Position numbers and translations under genes: made by a program. From Methanobacteriota archaeon (lineage in GTDB: Archaea > Thermoplasmatota > Poseidoniia > MGIII > CG-Epi1): DNA of 64,000 nt. The notes below the pieces were generated by a model. The model was given only the letters and a program-made list of their open reading frames with translations. It did not search any database and had not been told where the DNA came from. The DNA is taken from positions 10,040-74,039 of the forward strand of contig JAAZXP010000002.1 of the NCBI GenBank assembly GCA_014240055.1. The letters are read 5' to 3'. Below are positions 37,923 to 48,383 of this stretch, piece by piece (the first letter of the stretch is position 1; every line of letters begins with the position of its first letter).

Positions 37923-40169
37923 TTAATTCTTGGATCTCAAGTAATTCAAGGCTGAGCCTGATTTGAACCATTCTACTTGTAAATCATCCATACTGTGATT
38001 GCAAACAAAAGTGTCCATAGTTCCATCACTGTGTTTTGCTTCCACTATAACCTCAGAATTAGGACCTAGTTCATCAGTTCCCTTGATTGTTAATCTGTCA
38101 TCTACTCTCAATAAATTCCAAGAAGATTCGTCTGCAAAAGTAAGAGGCAAAACTCCCTGTTTCTTCAAATTAGTCTCTGCAATACGAGCCATGCTTCTTG
38201 CAATTACTACTTTACAACCTAAAAATCTTGGAGACATCGCAGCGTGCTCTCTACTACTTCCTTCTCCGTAATTTACATCTGCAACTACAGCCCAACCTTG
38301 TCCATTCTCATAGTATTTTCGTGCAACCTTAGGCAGTTTACCTTTACTTCCATCAAGTTGATTGATTGCTGTACCTTGCTCTTCTGTGAAAGAATTATGA
38401 GCTCCAATGTAACAATTATCTGAAATATTATCTAGATGACCTCTAAATTGTAACCAAATACCTGCTGGAGAAATATGATCTGTAGTGCATTTACCTTTAA
38501 CTTTAACAAGAAGAGGAATATCTGTCAAATCTTCTTTAGTTATTGCTTCAAAAGGTTCTAGTAACTGTAAACGGCGACTTGTTGGAGAAACATCAAGGTC
38601 AATATTACCTTCTAAGGGTGGAACAAAACCAACCAAACTAGATTCAAAACCGTTAGCCGGTAATTCAGAACCAGTAGGTGGTTTCAAAGAGAATTCCGTC
38701 CCATCAGCTGCAACCAATTTATCTTTTTGAGGATTGAAATCAAGGCTACCTGCAAGAGCCATGGCCGTTACAATCTCTGGACTTGTGAGGAATGATAAGG
38801 TTTGGTGATTACCATCATTTCTCCCACTGAAATTACGATTGTAAGATGATACAATTGAATTTACATCTCCTTTGGAGACATCCTCGCGTTTCCATTGCCC
38901 TATACAAGGGCCGCAAGCATTTGCTAATACAGTTCCTCCAATATCATCAAGAAGTTGCATTTGACCGTCTCTACGAATTGTTTGGTCGATTGTATCTGAA
39001 CCTGGTGTAACCATGAATTGAACTTTTGATTTTATTCCTGCTTCTTTGGCTTGTCTTGCAACCGAAGCTGCCCTTTCCATGTCTTCATATGATGAATTTG
39101 TACAAGAGCCAATTAATGCAGCTTGAATGTCTGTAGGCCAGCCTTTATTCTTAGCTTCCTGACCTAAATCTGAAACGGAACGTGCTAAATCGGGAGTGTG
39201 AGGACCAACAATCATTGGCTCTAGTTCTGAAAGATTAATCTCAATTATTCTATCATAGAAATTTTCAGGATTTTCTAAAACTTCTGGATCGGCAACTAAA
39301 AGTGATGAATGCTCATTCGCTAATTCAGAAACTCCTGACCTACCTGTAGCGTCGAGATATCTTGCCATACTATCATCATATGGAAATAACGAAGTTGTCG
39401 CTCCAACCTCAGCCCCCATGTTGCAAATAGTTCCTTTACCAGTACAAGAAATCGAAGAGGCTCCAGGGCCAAAATATTCTACAATGTGGCTTGTTCCTCC
39501 CTTAACTGTCAATTCTTCACAAACTTTCAATATTACATCTTTAGGAGATGACCATCCTGATAATTTACCTGTAAGATGAACTCCAATAACTCCAGGCCAA
39601 CGAATCGTAAATGGCAAACCAGCCATAACTTCCATTGCATCAGCTCCACCGACACCGATTGCAACCATTCCCAAACCTCCTGCATTTGGTGTATGTGAAT
39701 CAGTACCAATCATCAGGCCTCCTGGAAATGCATAATTTTCAAGAACTACTTGATGAATAATTCCAGCTCCAGGTTCCCAAAATCCAGCTCCATACTTTGC
39801 AGATGCTGATTTCAAAAATGAAAATACTTCGGAACTTTCCTTGTTTGCATCTGCCAAATCACTATCTCTACCTACTCTAGCTTGGATAAGATGATCACAG
39901 TGAACAGTAGAAGGAACAGCTACCTCTGAGCGACCTGTTAACGCAAACTGAAGAAGTGCCATCTGTGCTGTTGCATCCTGCATAGCCACTCTATCTGGCT
40001 GAAGTTCAACATATGATTTACCACGTTTTGGTACTTTATCTAAATTTAATAAATGTCCGAAAAGAATTTTCTCAGATAAAGTTAATGATCTACCCAAATT
40101 CTGTCTAGCCAAATCATGCTTTTTTGACATTTCTGCATATAGGTTTTCTATTTGAGATAAATCTAACAT
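37923..40169 (-). CDS. acn: aconitate hydratase (mitochondrial-type/AcnA-family, 748 aa)
   Basis: IGTDSHTPNAGGLG, GSCTNSSYEDM and SPAGIWL signatures. Confidence 0.85.
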   Translation of the reverse strand: MLDLSQIENLYAEMSKKHDLARQNLGRSLTLSEKILFGHLLNLDKVPKRGKSYVELQPDRVAMQDATAQMALLQFALTGRSEVAVPSTVHCDHLIQARVGRDSDLADANKESSEVFSFLKSASAKYGAGFWEPGAGIIHQVVLENYAFPGGLMIGTDSHTPNAGGLGMVAIGVGGADAMEVMAGLPFTIRWPGVIGVHLTGKLSGWSSPKDVILKVCEELTVKGGTSHIVEYFGPGASSISCTGKGTICNMGAEVGATTSLFPYDDSMARYLDATGRSGVSELANEHSSLLVADPEVLENPENFYDRIIEINLSELEPMIVGPHTPDLARSVSDLGQEAKNKGWPTDIQAALIGSCTNSSYEDMERAASVARQAKEAGIKSKVQFMVTPGSDTIDQTIRRDGQMQLLDDIGGTVLANACGPCIGQWKREDVSKGDVNSIVSSYNRNFSGRNDGNHQTLSFLTSPEIVTAMALAGSLDFNPQKDKLVAADGTEFSLKPPTGSELPANGFESSLVGFVPPLEGNIDLDVSPTSRRLQLLEPFEAITKEDLTDIPLLVKVKGKCTTDHISPAGIWLQFRGHLDNISDNCYIGAHNSFTEEQGTAINQLDGSKGKLPKVARKYYENGQGWAVVADVNYGEGSSREHAAMSPRFLGCKVVIARSMARIAETNLKKQGVLPLTFADESSWNLLRVDDRLTIKGTDELGPNSEVIVEAKHSDGTMDTFVCNHSMDDLQVEWFKSGSALNYLRSKN

Positions 40170-40194
40170 TATTTTCTTACCTAAGAACGATTAA

Positions 40195-40398
40195 TTATAG
40201 GTTTTCTTCATCATCTTCTATTACTACTGCCATCGCCCAAAAAACAACTGCTAAAACCCAAAAAAGAAATGAACATGGAAGGCGTAAAGAACGACCTGAA
40301 GCTGGAACAATATAATCCTCATTACCCCATAAAATCATTCCACCAGCAACTACACAAGTTAATGCTAGAAAATAAGATAATACTTCACTAAAATCCAT
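40195..40398 (-). CDS. small membrane protein (2 TM)
   Basis: Start re-assigned to the internal Met (MDFSEV...), giving an ATGA overlap with the upstream gene's stop. Weak support. Confidence 0.25.
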   Translation of the reverse strand: MDFSEVLSYFLALTCVVAGGMILWGNEDYIVPASGRSLRLPCSFLFWVLAVVFWAMAVVIEDDEENL

Positions 40399-41522
40399 TA
40401 CCAAGAATCCCAAACTGTCTTTTTCGCCATTTCCATTGAGTAAAAGGTATTGTAGATAAGTGATTTTTTCCAACCACTTGGATTAATTTCTTCCCAATCT
40501 ACTTCATCGCCTTCCTTAACTTTTCTCATTCCATATTCAAAAGCTTTATTCCCTAATAATGCAAAAATTCCTCTACGTGCAATATCTGCTTTTTTCCTTT
40601 CTCGAAATTGTTCTTTCCACAATTTGTCATAATCTAAAGAATTAGAAAGTGCTCTCTGAGCCAATACTCCTGATTCTACCGCATAATTCATTCCAAAGCC
40701 TCTCCACGGGTCTTGAAAACCTGCAGCTTCTCCTGTATAATACACTCCATCTTTTACTGCAGTTTTAGGAAAGTGAACTCCACCTTGTCCTCCCACAGTT
40801 CCAGTTGGTTTAGCGCCATCTATTATATTTTTCAGAACTGGCCTTTCCTCAACGGCTTTATACATCAATTTTTTTACTTGTTTAGCATAAGGTTTCGAAC
40901 AACAATTCATGACTTTTATAGTATCTTTATCCATTGGAATTATGTATAGATACCAGCCTCGTGGCGAATACTTTTCATCATGCATATACAAAAATTGATC
41001 TCTAGGAAAATCTGAATTTTCATAATAGGCACCAAATGCAGCCATGTCTGTTCGATAAGACCCTGAAGACATTATGTCTCCTGATTTTGGTTTAGGTCTA
41101 GATTTAAAATTAAATTCGACACCTAAATCTTTAGCCTCATCTGCTAAACCTCTTTCCAACGAATTTTCTCCACCTCGAAGTATTAGTGGTAAAGGTTCTT
41201 TGAGAGATATTGTAAAATCTCTTTTCTGTGTACAACAAACAAACTTTTTAGCATCCTTAAATGTAAATTTAGGATTTAATCCCCATTTATTCAAATATGA
41301 TGTTGCATCAGCCTCTGAAGAAGGTGTGTTGGGACTTTCTTTCAATAAAACTTGATAATTTGGATGGAATTGCATCCCTATATCCTCTCTAGCTTCATGA
41401 ATTTCTACTTTTTCATCATTCTTTGCAAAATTAATAGCTGCAGCTAATCCTGAAAGGCCTCCACCTATTATTTTACGTTTATTTCCCATGATTTTTCTCT
41501 TTATGGATATCTTAAATTTCAA
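40398..41522 (-). CDS. FAD-dependent oxidoreductase, geranylgeranyl-reductase-like
   Basis: N-terminal Rossmann motif KIIGGGLSGLAAA. 374 aa. Confidence 0.55.
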   Translation of the reverse strand: MKFKISIKRKIMGNKRKIIGGGLSGLAAAINFAKNDEKVEIHEAREDIGMQFHPNYQVLLKESPNTPSSEADATSYLNKWGLNPKFTFKDAKKFVCCTQKRDFTISLKEPLPLILRGGENSLERGLADEAKDLGVEFNFKSRPKPKSGDIMSSGSYRTDMAAFGAYYENSDFPRDQFLYMHDEKYSPRGWYLYIIPMDKDTIKVMNCCSKPYAKQVKKLMYKAVEERPVLKNIIDGAKPTGTVGGQGGVHFPKTAVKDGVYYTGEAAGFQDPWRGFGMNYAVESGVLAQRALSNSLDYDKLWKEQFRERKKADIARRGIFALLGNKAFEYGMRKVKEGDEVDWEEINPSGWKKSLIYNTFYSMEMAKKTVWDSW

Positions 41523-41610
41523 TCAGAAGTTTTTGAAGTTTCATGATGCTATACAATGTCATCTAAGTGCAAATAGAATAGGTCTTAAAGTTCTATTGTT
41601 AAAATAATAT

Positions 41611-42435
41611 TTATTTTTTTGAAGCTGCTTCAACTACATTAGACATTAACATAACTACAGTCATAGGCCCTACACCACCAGGGACTGGCGTCAAAGCTCC
41701 AGCAACCTCTCTAACATCAAAAGAAGTGTCACCAACAAGACCTTGATCTGTACGATTTACTCCTACGTCTATTATGACTGCTCCAGACTTAACCATCTCT
41801 TTGGTAACTGTATTAGGGTAACCAACAGCTACAATCAAAATATCCGCTTCCTTACAAAATTTTTGGATATTAGGTGTTCGACTATGGCAAACCGTAACTG
41901 TTGCATCCATACCTTTCTGAAGTAGTAGTAGAGAAATCGGTTTTCCAACAATAGTACTACGGCCAACGACCACTACATTCTTTCCACTAGGATTATTGCC
42001 TGTACGAGATAATAACTCGATGATTCCTGCAGGAGTACATGGTTTCATTCCTGGATTTTCTTGTACTATTTTACCTAAATTAGTAGGATGAAAACCATCA
42101 ACATCATTTTCAGGTTCTATCAAATCTAATACACTTTCAAATCCAGCTGGCAAAGGTAGCTGAACAATTATACCGTCTTCAGTTCTATTCAAATCCTTAA
42201 CTAAATTTTCCAACTCTTTTTTAGATATATCTGACGAAAGATGATGGTGGGTTAGATTAATTCCAATACGCTCAGCTGCATTAGATTTAGCACGAATATA
42301 AGAGGTAGAAGCAGGATCTTCACCGACCTGAACTACTGATAATTTAGGCGGTATTTTCATTTGTGCTACTCTAACTTGTAACTCATCCTCTATCTCTTTT
42401 GCAATTTTCTTTCCATCAATTAACTTAGCAGTCAA
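41611..42435 (-). CDS. folD: bifunctional methylenetetrahydrofolate dehydrogenase/methenyl-THF cyclohydrolase
   Basis: YxxK and GRSxIVGxP signatures (VVVGRSTIVGKPIS). Confidence 0.85.
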   Translation of the reverse strand: MTAKLIDGKKIAKEIEDELQVRVAQMKIPPKLSVVQVGEDPASTSYIRAKSNAAERIGINLTHHHLSSDISKKELENLVKDLNRTEDGIIVQLPLPAGFESVLDLIEPENDVDGFHPTNLGKIVQENPGMKPCTPAGIIELLSRTGNNPSGKNVVVVGRSTIVGKPISLLLLQKGMDATVTVCHSRTPNIQKFCKEADILIVAVGYPNTVTKEMVKSGAVIIDVGVNRTDQGLVGDTSFDVREVAGALTPVPGGVGPMTVVMLMSNVVEAASKK

Positions 42436-42869
42436 TGTAAATCCTCTAACTGATAAAGTTCAACTTCAATACGAGGCCCATCGCCTTGTGCTGCAATTCT
42501 CTTTCGGACTATTAATTCTGATATTTGACCATCATCATGATACAAGACTCCACTAAGGCCATCCTTGATAGATTTAGCAATATTATCTGCATCTGGTCTC
42601 TTTGAATGGTACTCTTCTTTTCTTGGTTCTTTTACCCGCCATTTGCTCTTAGGACATGGAAAATATGCAAATATTTCAATTCCCAAAGGCCCCTCAAAAA
42701 GACCTTCAAGTCCAGCTTCAGTTCGAGCTTTCTGACCAATATAGGCAATATCTGCCTTGTAGACCTTACTGGGTTTTGGATCTGTAGCAACAACAAAATT
42801 ACCCTTTCGATAAAATCTAGGTCGGCCTTGAGCAACGGGCTTTCCTGGCAATGTAAATTTAATACGCAC
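42432..42869 (-). CDS. RusA-family Holliday junction resolvase-like endonuclease
   Basis: 145-aa protein aligns with E. coli RusA across FTLPGKP (ITLPWPP), the catalytic region RPDADNIAKSIKDGLSGVLYHDDGQI ([27 protein letters not shown]) and the C-terminal GPRIEVEL. ATGA overlap with folD. Confidence 0.6.
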   Translation of the reverse strand: MRIKFTLPGKPVAQGRPRFYRKGNFVVATDPKPSKVYKADIAYIGQKARTEAGLEGLFEGPLGIEIFAYFPCPKSKWRVKEPRKEEYHSKRPDADNIAKSIKDGLSGVLYHDDGQISELIVRKRIAAQGDGPRIEVELYQLEDLH

Positions 42870-42910
42870 ACCAACCCATACGGGGGGGACAAAAAACGTG
42901 TTCGTCCAAC

Positions 42911-42924
42911 ATATTATTTTAATT
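42911..42924 (+). promoter_or_regulatory. candidate TATA-like element (ATATTATTTTAATT) for the ABCE1 gene
   Basis: AT-rich box centred ~30 nt upstream of the ATG at 42947, suggesting a leaderless transcript. Confidence 0.3.
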
Positions 42925-42946
42925 AGGTGCTCACAAGCAGGATATT

Positions 42947-44707
42947 ATGCGTGTTGCTGTCCTCCATGAAGACAGATGCCAACCAAAGAAGTGTCAGAAT
43001 GAATGCTATAATTTCTGTCCACCTGTTAGAAATGGGGTTGAAGTTATTACCTGGAGAAGAGACAATAAACCCATTGTTTCCGAACCTCTGTGCATTGGTT
43101 GTGGAATATGCGTACACAAGTGCCCACATGACGCATTAACTATAGTTAATTTACCTGATGAACAAGAAAAAGATACAGTCCACAGGTATGGAATGAATGA
43201 ATTTAGATTATTTGGCCTCCCAGCTCCTGAAAAAGGAAAGGTTATTGGAATACTAGGTGCAAATGGAACCGGAAAAACCACGGCAATTTCACTTTTAGCT
43301 GGAGAAATAATTCCTAACCTCGGAGATTGGGAAGTTGAAGGTTCGTGGGATGATGTAAAAGATTTCTATTCAGGTACTGAAATTCAGAAACATTTCAATA
43401 AATTATCTGATGGGAATATCAGTATTGCTCTAAAACCACAATATGTTGATAGAATACCTCAGATGTTTGATGGCACTTTAAGAGAACTCTTGGAAAGAGT
43501 AGCATCGCCAGAGAAAGTTGAAGAATTCGCCACTAAAATTAATTTAACTAGTTTAGACAAAAAATTGAGTAAAGTCTCAGGTGGAGAATTACAAAAAGGA
43601 GCAATTGCAGCTACAATCCTAAAAGAAGCTGATCTCTATTTCTTTGATGAACCTTCATCCTATCTTGATATTGAACAACGAATTTTTATTGCTAGAATGA
43701 TTTCTGAATTAGGGGAGACAAAAAGTGTTATAGTAATTGAGCATGACTTAGCTATTCTGGATTATGTAACTGACAATATACACATTATGTATGGAAGTCC
43801 AAATGCATATGGTATTGTTTCACAAAAGTTGGCAGTAAGAAATGCAATTAATTCTTATTTGGATGGATATGTTCAAGAATCAAATGTAAGAATTCGAGAT
43901 AATACAATCAAATTTCTGAAGCACCCTCCGAGAACTGGATGGGATGGTCAAGTATTAGTGAAATGGCCAGATCTCTCAAAACAATTAGGAGATTTCAAAT
44001 TGGAAGCTTCAGCCGGTGAAATACTTGGAGGTCAAGTATTGGGAGTTGTTGGTGGCAATGCTACAGGAAAAACAACATTTGTAAAAATGCTAGCTAATGA
44101 ATTAGAGCCAGATGCAGGTGAAATTGAAAGCGATATTACCGTTTCCTATAAACCTCAATACATCAATGCACCTGAAGGCATTATTGTAGGTGATTTATTA
44201 CAATCTGTAAAAGGTTTTGACGAGCATATGCTTGCTACAGAACTCAATGTACCTCTTAATCTGGAACCATTAATGGAACGCGAATTGCAGACACTGTCAG
44301 GTGGAGAATTGCAACGCGTAGCTATTGCTGAATGCTTACTGAAGGAAGCTGATCTTTATCTGCTAGATGAACCTTCAGCCTATCTTGATGCAAACCAAAG
44401 AATGATTACTGCAAAGACAATCAGACGTTCAATGGAACAAAGAGGCAAATCAGCCTTAGTGGTTGATCACGACGTCTATTTTATTGATTATATTGCAGAT
44501 GGTTTATTGTGTTTTGGAGGAATACCTAGTAAAGAAGGAAAGGCAGAAGGACCTTATAATATGCGTCAGGGAATGAATACCTTCTTAGGTAAAGTAGGAA
44601 TTACATTTAGAAGAGATAAAAATACATACAGACCAAGAATAAATAAGCCAGGTTCAAGGCTTGATAGAGAGCAAAAAAGCAAGAAAGAATTTTACTATTC
44701 AAATTGA
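42947..44707 (+). CDS. ABCE1/RNase L inhibitor (ribosome recycling factor)
   Basis: N-terminal double 4Fe-4S ferredoxin-like domain (CQPKKCQNECYNFCP...CIGCGICVHKCP) followed by two ABC ATPase domains. 586 aa. Confidence 0.9.
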   Translation: MRVAVLHEDRCQPKKCQNECYNFCPPVRNGVEVITWRRDNKPIVSEPLCIGCGICVHKCPHDALTIVNLPDEQEKDTVHRYGMNEFRLFGLPAPEKGKVIGILGANGTGKTTAISLLAGEIIPNLGDWEVEGSWDDVKDFYSGTEIQKHFNKLSDGNISIALKPQYVDRIPQMFDGTLRELLERVASPEKVEEFATKINLTSLDKKLSKVSGGELQKGAIAATILKEADLYFFDEPSSYLDIEQRIFIARMISELGETKSVIVIEHDLAILDYVTDNIHIMYGSPNAYGIVSQKLAVRNAINSYLDGYVQESNVRIRDNTIKFLKHPPRTGWDGQVLVKWPDLSKQLGDFKLEASAGEILGGQVLGVVGGNATGKTTFVKMLANELEPDAGEIESDITVSYKPQYINAPEGIIVGDLLQSVKGFDEHMLATELNVPLNLEPLMERELQTLSGGELQRVAIAECLLKEADLYLLDEPSAYLDANQRMITAKTIRRSMEQRGKSALVVDHDVYFIDYIADGLLCFGGIPSKEGKAEGPYNMRQGMNTFLGKVGITFRRDKNTYRPRINKPGSRLDREQKSKKEFYYSN

Positions 44708-44793
44708 TGATTAAATTTATTGCAGGGCCTCGATAGGCTTCCGTGTTACAAAGGCCCTTAGAGTACATTGTTCGAGGATACACGAACATAATT

Positions 44794-47364
44794 ATGAATT
44801 ATGCAATCCTCACAGTTAGCGTTCTAAGTCTGATTACTGTATTACTATTGCAATCTGCAATGACCTTTGAGCAGAACATGACACGAGATATTGAGGTTTA
44901 TCTTCCTGAAGGTGAAGAATCAACCAAAATATTAATTGAAGTTAGAGAAGATTGGGCTACTGATTTAATTATAGTTTATTTGCAAACTCCAAATGCTAAG
45001 GATCCTGGATTCTATAAAGATGCAACTATCGATAATATAACTCATGTTCCAACATTAAAAGAAATATCACTTTTAGAACAAACTATTGATCCTTATGGCC
45101 AAACTACTGATTTAGAAAAATATCAAGCAGATAGAGGCGAAAATGATGATATCATTTTTACTCTAAGTATTTCCACACTAATCAAAGAATTTAATTCGAC
45201 TAATGCAAGATTTATCGAAGCCTCCGAAGGGAAAATATTCGGCGGTCTCAGTATAGAAGAAAATGACGATGATACTGTTAACCAAACTGGAACCTATGCA
45301 ATCCCTAGTGATCAAGACAGAGTAGATCAAATATTCGACAGTACTGCTTCGGCATTGCAAAATTTTGCTATAGATACAAACGATGATGGAATTATTGATA
45401 CGGCAGTCATACTTTTTGCATTAAAGGCTTCAGATGAAAATAATGATGATATTCAAAAAGCAAAGATTGACCAAATACAAGAATTCATTGATTTAAGAGA
45501 AAACCCAAAAACTGAAATGACACAAACTGGATTGGTAGTAGTACTCCATGAAGTTACAGAACGTTTGTACGATGATTTACTCACTATGCTGCCCATGTCA
45601 TTAGGAATAGTACTATCGCTAATGATTCTTTTTCATAGAAATTGGCTAGCAATACCTGTTGTACTAGTTCCAATCTTTTGTTCTTTAATATGGACTTTAG
45701 GAATTGTGAATCTGTCAGGCGTTGTTCTAACTCCTATGATTGTCGCTGCGGGACCTATCTTAGTTGGAATCGGAGTTGATTATGGACTCCATATTGCAAA
45801 TCGAATAGTCGAATTTAAGGATGAAGGAAACAAAATGCCCAAAGCAACCTATTTGGCATTACTAAGTACTGGAAAAGCAACTCTTCTCTGTGCCTTAACG
45901 GATTCAATTGGCTTTTCAGCTTTATTCATTTCACCGATTGTTCCAATGAGGACTGTTGGTTTTACTATGATTATTGGAGTTATCTGTTCATTCTTTTTGA
46001 CAGTCAGTATGACGCCCGCGATGATGAGGTTAACAAACTATTCAAGGCATAAAAGTGGAGGTTGGAAAAAAATTGCTATTTTCTCAACAAAACAATGGAA
46101 AGCAATTCTAGTCGTAGTTCTACTAACTACTGCTTATTCTATTGCAAGAATATCTGTAATGGATCAAGATATTAAAGGCAATGAATCTGCCCCAGAAGAT
46201 GTAGATTCTATTCAAAAATTAAAAGAATACTCCGAAGAATTCGAAGCTGGACAAACCGGGATTTTACTCATCAATAATCAAACTGAAAGAGAAAAACCCG
46301 CGGCTAAAGATTTAGATGTACTTGATGTAATGAATTGGACTCAAGGAGAAATCAATAATTTATCCGTTGAAAATAGGAATACAAATGAAATAATCAATGT
46401 ATCTGCTTTCTCTATAGTTGATTTTTTCAAATCAGCTCACTTCACAATAGTAATCGAAGACTTGGACGGAGAGGCTCTATTCGCATTTGATGGTAGCTTC
46501 TGGGACTTTCTTCACAGTGATTTTTTCGGAGATGATTATGCAATAGTTGATCTAAATCCAGTATACAACCGTGAAGAATTACGTTCAGATATGATTGATG
46601 TATTCTATGAATCTTTTACTGATGAGATGAGAGCCATGCTTCTAACTGATGAATACGATAAAGCTCTAATCTATGTTAGTATGCCATATATCAATATAGA
46701 TGATACTGCAATTTTGGTAAAAGAAATTGATAGAATTTCTGAAATAAGAAATAGGCAAATGTCGTTCTATGATGCTCAAATGTCTACCCTTACAGGAGGG
46801 CCTCCTGTAACAATTGCCATCAATGAAGGAATACAAGAAACCCAATTTGATACTATCAAACTCAGCTTACTATTAGTTTTAATATGTATGATAATGATCT
46901 TTTGGTCTCCCAAGTATGGTTTTGTAACATTTTTGCCTATTTTACTTGTAATTCTATGGTATCCTGCAACAGTAGATGCAGGAGGTACGAATCTAAATAT
47001 CTTCACTGCAATGGTTGGTACCATAATCATAGGAATAGGAATTGATAACTCTATTCAAATAACGGAAAGGGTTAGAGAAGAAGGGGCAACTCCAGAAGGT
47101 ATCGAAAAAGCAGTTGAAAATACAGGACAATCAGTTGTAGAAGCAACGTTTACCACAATGGGTGGTGTATTTTCAGGAGTTATAATTTCATTTTATAGAA
47201 CTCAGTTTGTAGGCTTAAGAAATTTCTTTGCTTTGATTATTACATTAGTTCTATTTTCTTTATTAATGGCTGTGTTTGCATTACCTAGTTTTTATCATGC
47301 TTTACATTATATTCAAAATAAGTATGCTAAAAGAAATTGGAGAATAAAAACTAAATTCAATTAG
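44794..47364 (+). CDS. MMPL/RND-superfamily exporter
   Basis: Two TM clusters, each followed by a large extracytoplasmic domain. Start moved to the ATG encoding MNYAILTVSVL. Confidence 0.65.
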   Translation: MNYAILTVSVLSLITVLLLQSAMTFEQNMTRDIEVYLPEGEESTKILIEVREDWATDLIIVYLQTPNAKDPGFYKDATIDNITHVPTLKEISLLEQTIDPYGQTTDLEKYQADRGENDDIIFTLSISTLIKEFNSTNARFIEASEGKIFGGLSIEENDDDTVNQTGTYAIPSDQDRVDQIFDSTASALQNFAIDTNDDGIIDTAVILFALKASDENNDDIQKAKIDQIQEFIDLRENPKTEMTQTGLVVVLHEVTERLYDDLLTMLPMSLGIVLSLMILFHRNWLAIPVVLVPIFCSLIWTLGIVNLSGVVLTPMIVAAGPILVGIGVDYGLHIANRIVEFKDEGNKMPKATYLALLSTGKATLLCALTDSIGFSALFISPIVPMRTVGFTMIIGVICSFFLTVSMTPAMMRLTNYSRHKSGGWKKIAIFSTKQWKAILVVVLLTTAYSIARISVMDQDIKGNESAPEDVDSIQKLKEYSEEFEAGQTGILLINNQTEREKPAAKDLDVLDVMNWTQGEINNLSVENRNTNEIINVSAFSIVDFFKSAHFTIVIEDLDGEALFAFDGSFWDFLHSDFFGDDYAIVDLNPVYNREELRSDMIDVFYESFTDEMRAMLLTDEYDKALIYVSMPYINIDDTAILVKEIDRISEIRNRQMSFYDAQMSTLTGGPPVTIAINEGIQETQFDTIKLSLLLVLICMIMIFWSPKYGFVTFLPILLVILWYPATVDAGGTNLNIFTAMVGTIIIGIGIDNSIQITERVREEGATPEGIEKAVENTGQSVVEATFTTMGGVFSGVIISFYRTQFVGLRNFFALIITLVLFSLLMAVFALPSFYHALHYIQNKYAKRNWRIKTKFN

Positions 47365-47761
47365 ACAACATCTCATTTACTGCCAATACTGAATTTTTAG
47401 CGTAAGGCAATAATCTATCTTCAATATGTTCAGGTTTAGCCCCAGGCCCTATTATTCCAAAACCAATTGGTTTCATAGAAGCAAGTTGTAAATCTATTAA
47501 GGACTTAATTACTGATTGACCCATTATTGAACCATGTTCAGTTTCTCCTTTTTCAATTATACCTAAAACAACCGCACCATCTATTGATTCTCTAAGAAAC
47601 AAGCGTTTGATTTGTAATGGCATTTCCATGGAACCAGGTACCCATACTACTTCTTCAACTATTATACCATTATCTAAAGCCACTGAACGAGCTTCATCAA
47701 CCATCTTCTCAATATGGCTTTTATGATAACTACCTGCAACAATTGCTATAGACTTAACCAT
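47357..47761 (-). CDS. ribH: 6,7-dimethyl-8-ribityllumazine synthase (archaeal short form)
   Basis: 134 aa. Flavodoxin-like core IAIVAGSYH...GAVVLGII. Confidence 0.75.
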   Translation of the reverse strand: MVKSIAIVAGSYHKSHIEKMVDEARSVALDNGIIVEEVVWVPGSMEMPLQIKRLFLRESIDGAVVLGIIEKGETEHGSIMGQSVIKSLIDLQLASMKPIGFGIIGPGAKPEHIEDRLLPYAKNSVLAVNEMLSN

Positions 47762-48377
47762 GGATAGACTCCTTATTCATTTCAAGAATAGTATCTACTG
47801 TATTTCTAGTCTGTGTTTCAATTTCAATATTAATTGAATCTCCTACTACTTTATGTATTATATTCGTCAATCTTAATGTTTCAGGAATTAAATAAACTGT
47901 AAATGTATTATTTATTTTATCTACTTCGCCAATTGTCAAACTTATTCCGTTTAAAGAAATATACCCTTTGGAAAAAATATATTTTTGTAAACGTGAATTA
48001 CATTTTAATGTTAAAATATAATTGTTTTTAGGTTCCTTTATGTCTGTAATAGTTACAGTATCAAAAACATGGCCTGAAATCATGTGACCTCCGATTTCAT
48101 CCCCTAATTTCATTGACCTTTCAATATTTACAACTGAATTTGTCTTAATATCTCCAAAAGTAGTGACCTTCAAAGTTTCAATTATTACATCAAATTCTAA
48201 ACTATCTAAATTTATATTAGTTACAGTTAAACAAACGCCATCAACGCAAACACTTGCCCCCACTTGAATCCCTTTATTGAATTCAGAGGAAGTTTGAATG
48301 ATTATTGATGATAAATTTTCTTTTCGGATTATTTTAGAAACAATTCCCGTACCTTCTACTATTCCTGTAAAAACCAT
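47754..48377 (-). CDS. ribE: riboflavin synthase (bacterial/eukaryotic two-barrel type)
   Basis: MVFTGIVEGTG N-terminus, the internal repeat DGVCLTV / NGISLTI, and a length of 207 aa. Confidence 0.8.
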   Translation of the reverse strand: MVFTGIVEGTGIVSKIIRKENLSSIIIQTSSEFNKGIQVGASVCVDGVCLTVTNINLDSLEFDVIIETLKVTTFGDIKTNSVVNIERSMKLGDEIGGHMISGHVFDTVTITDIKEPKNNYILTLKCNSRLQKYIFSKGYISLNGISLTIGEVDKINNTFTVYLIPETLRLTNIIHKVVGDSINIEIETQTRNTVDTILEMNKESIHG

Positions 48378-48383
48378 TATACC

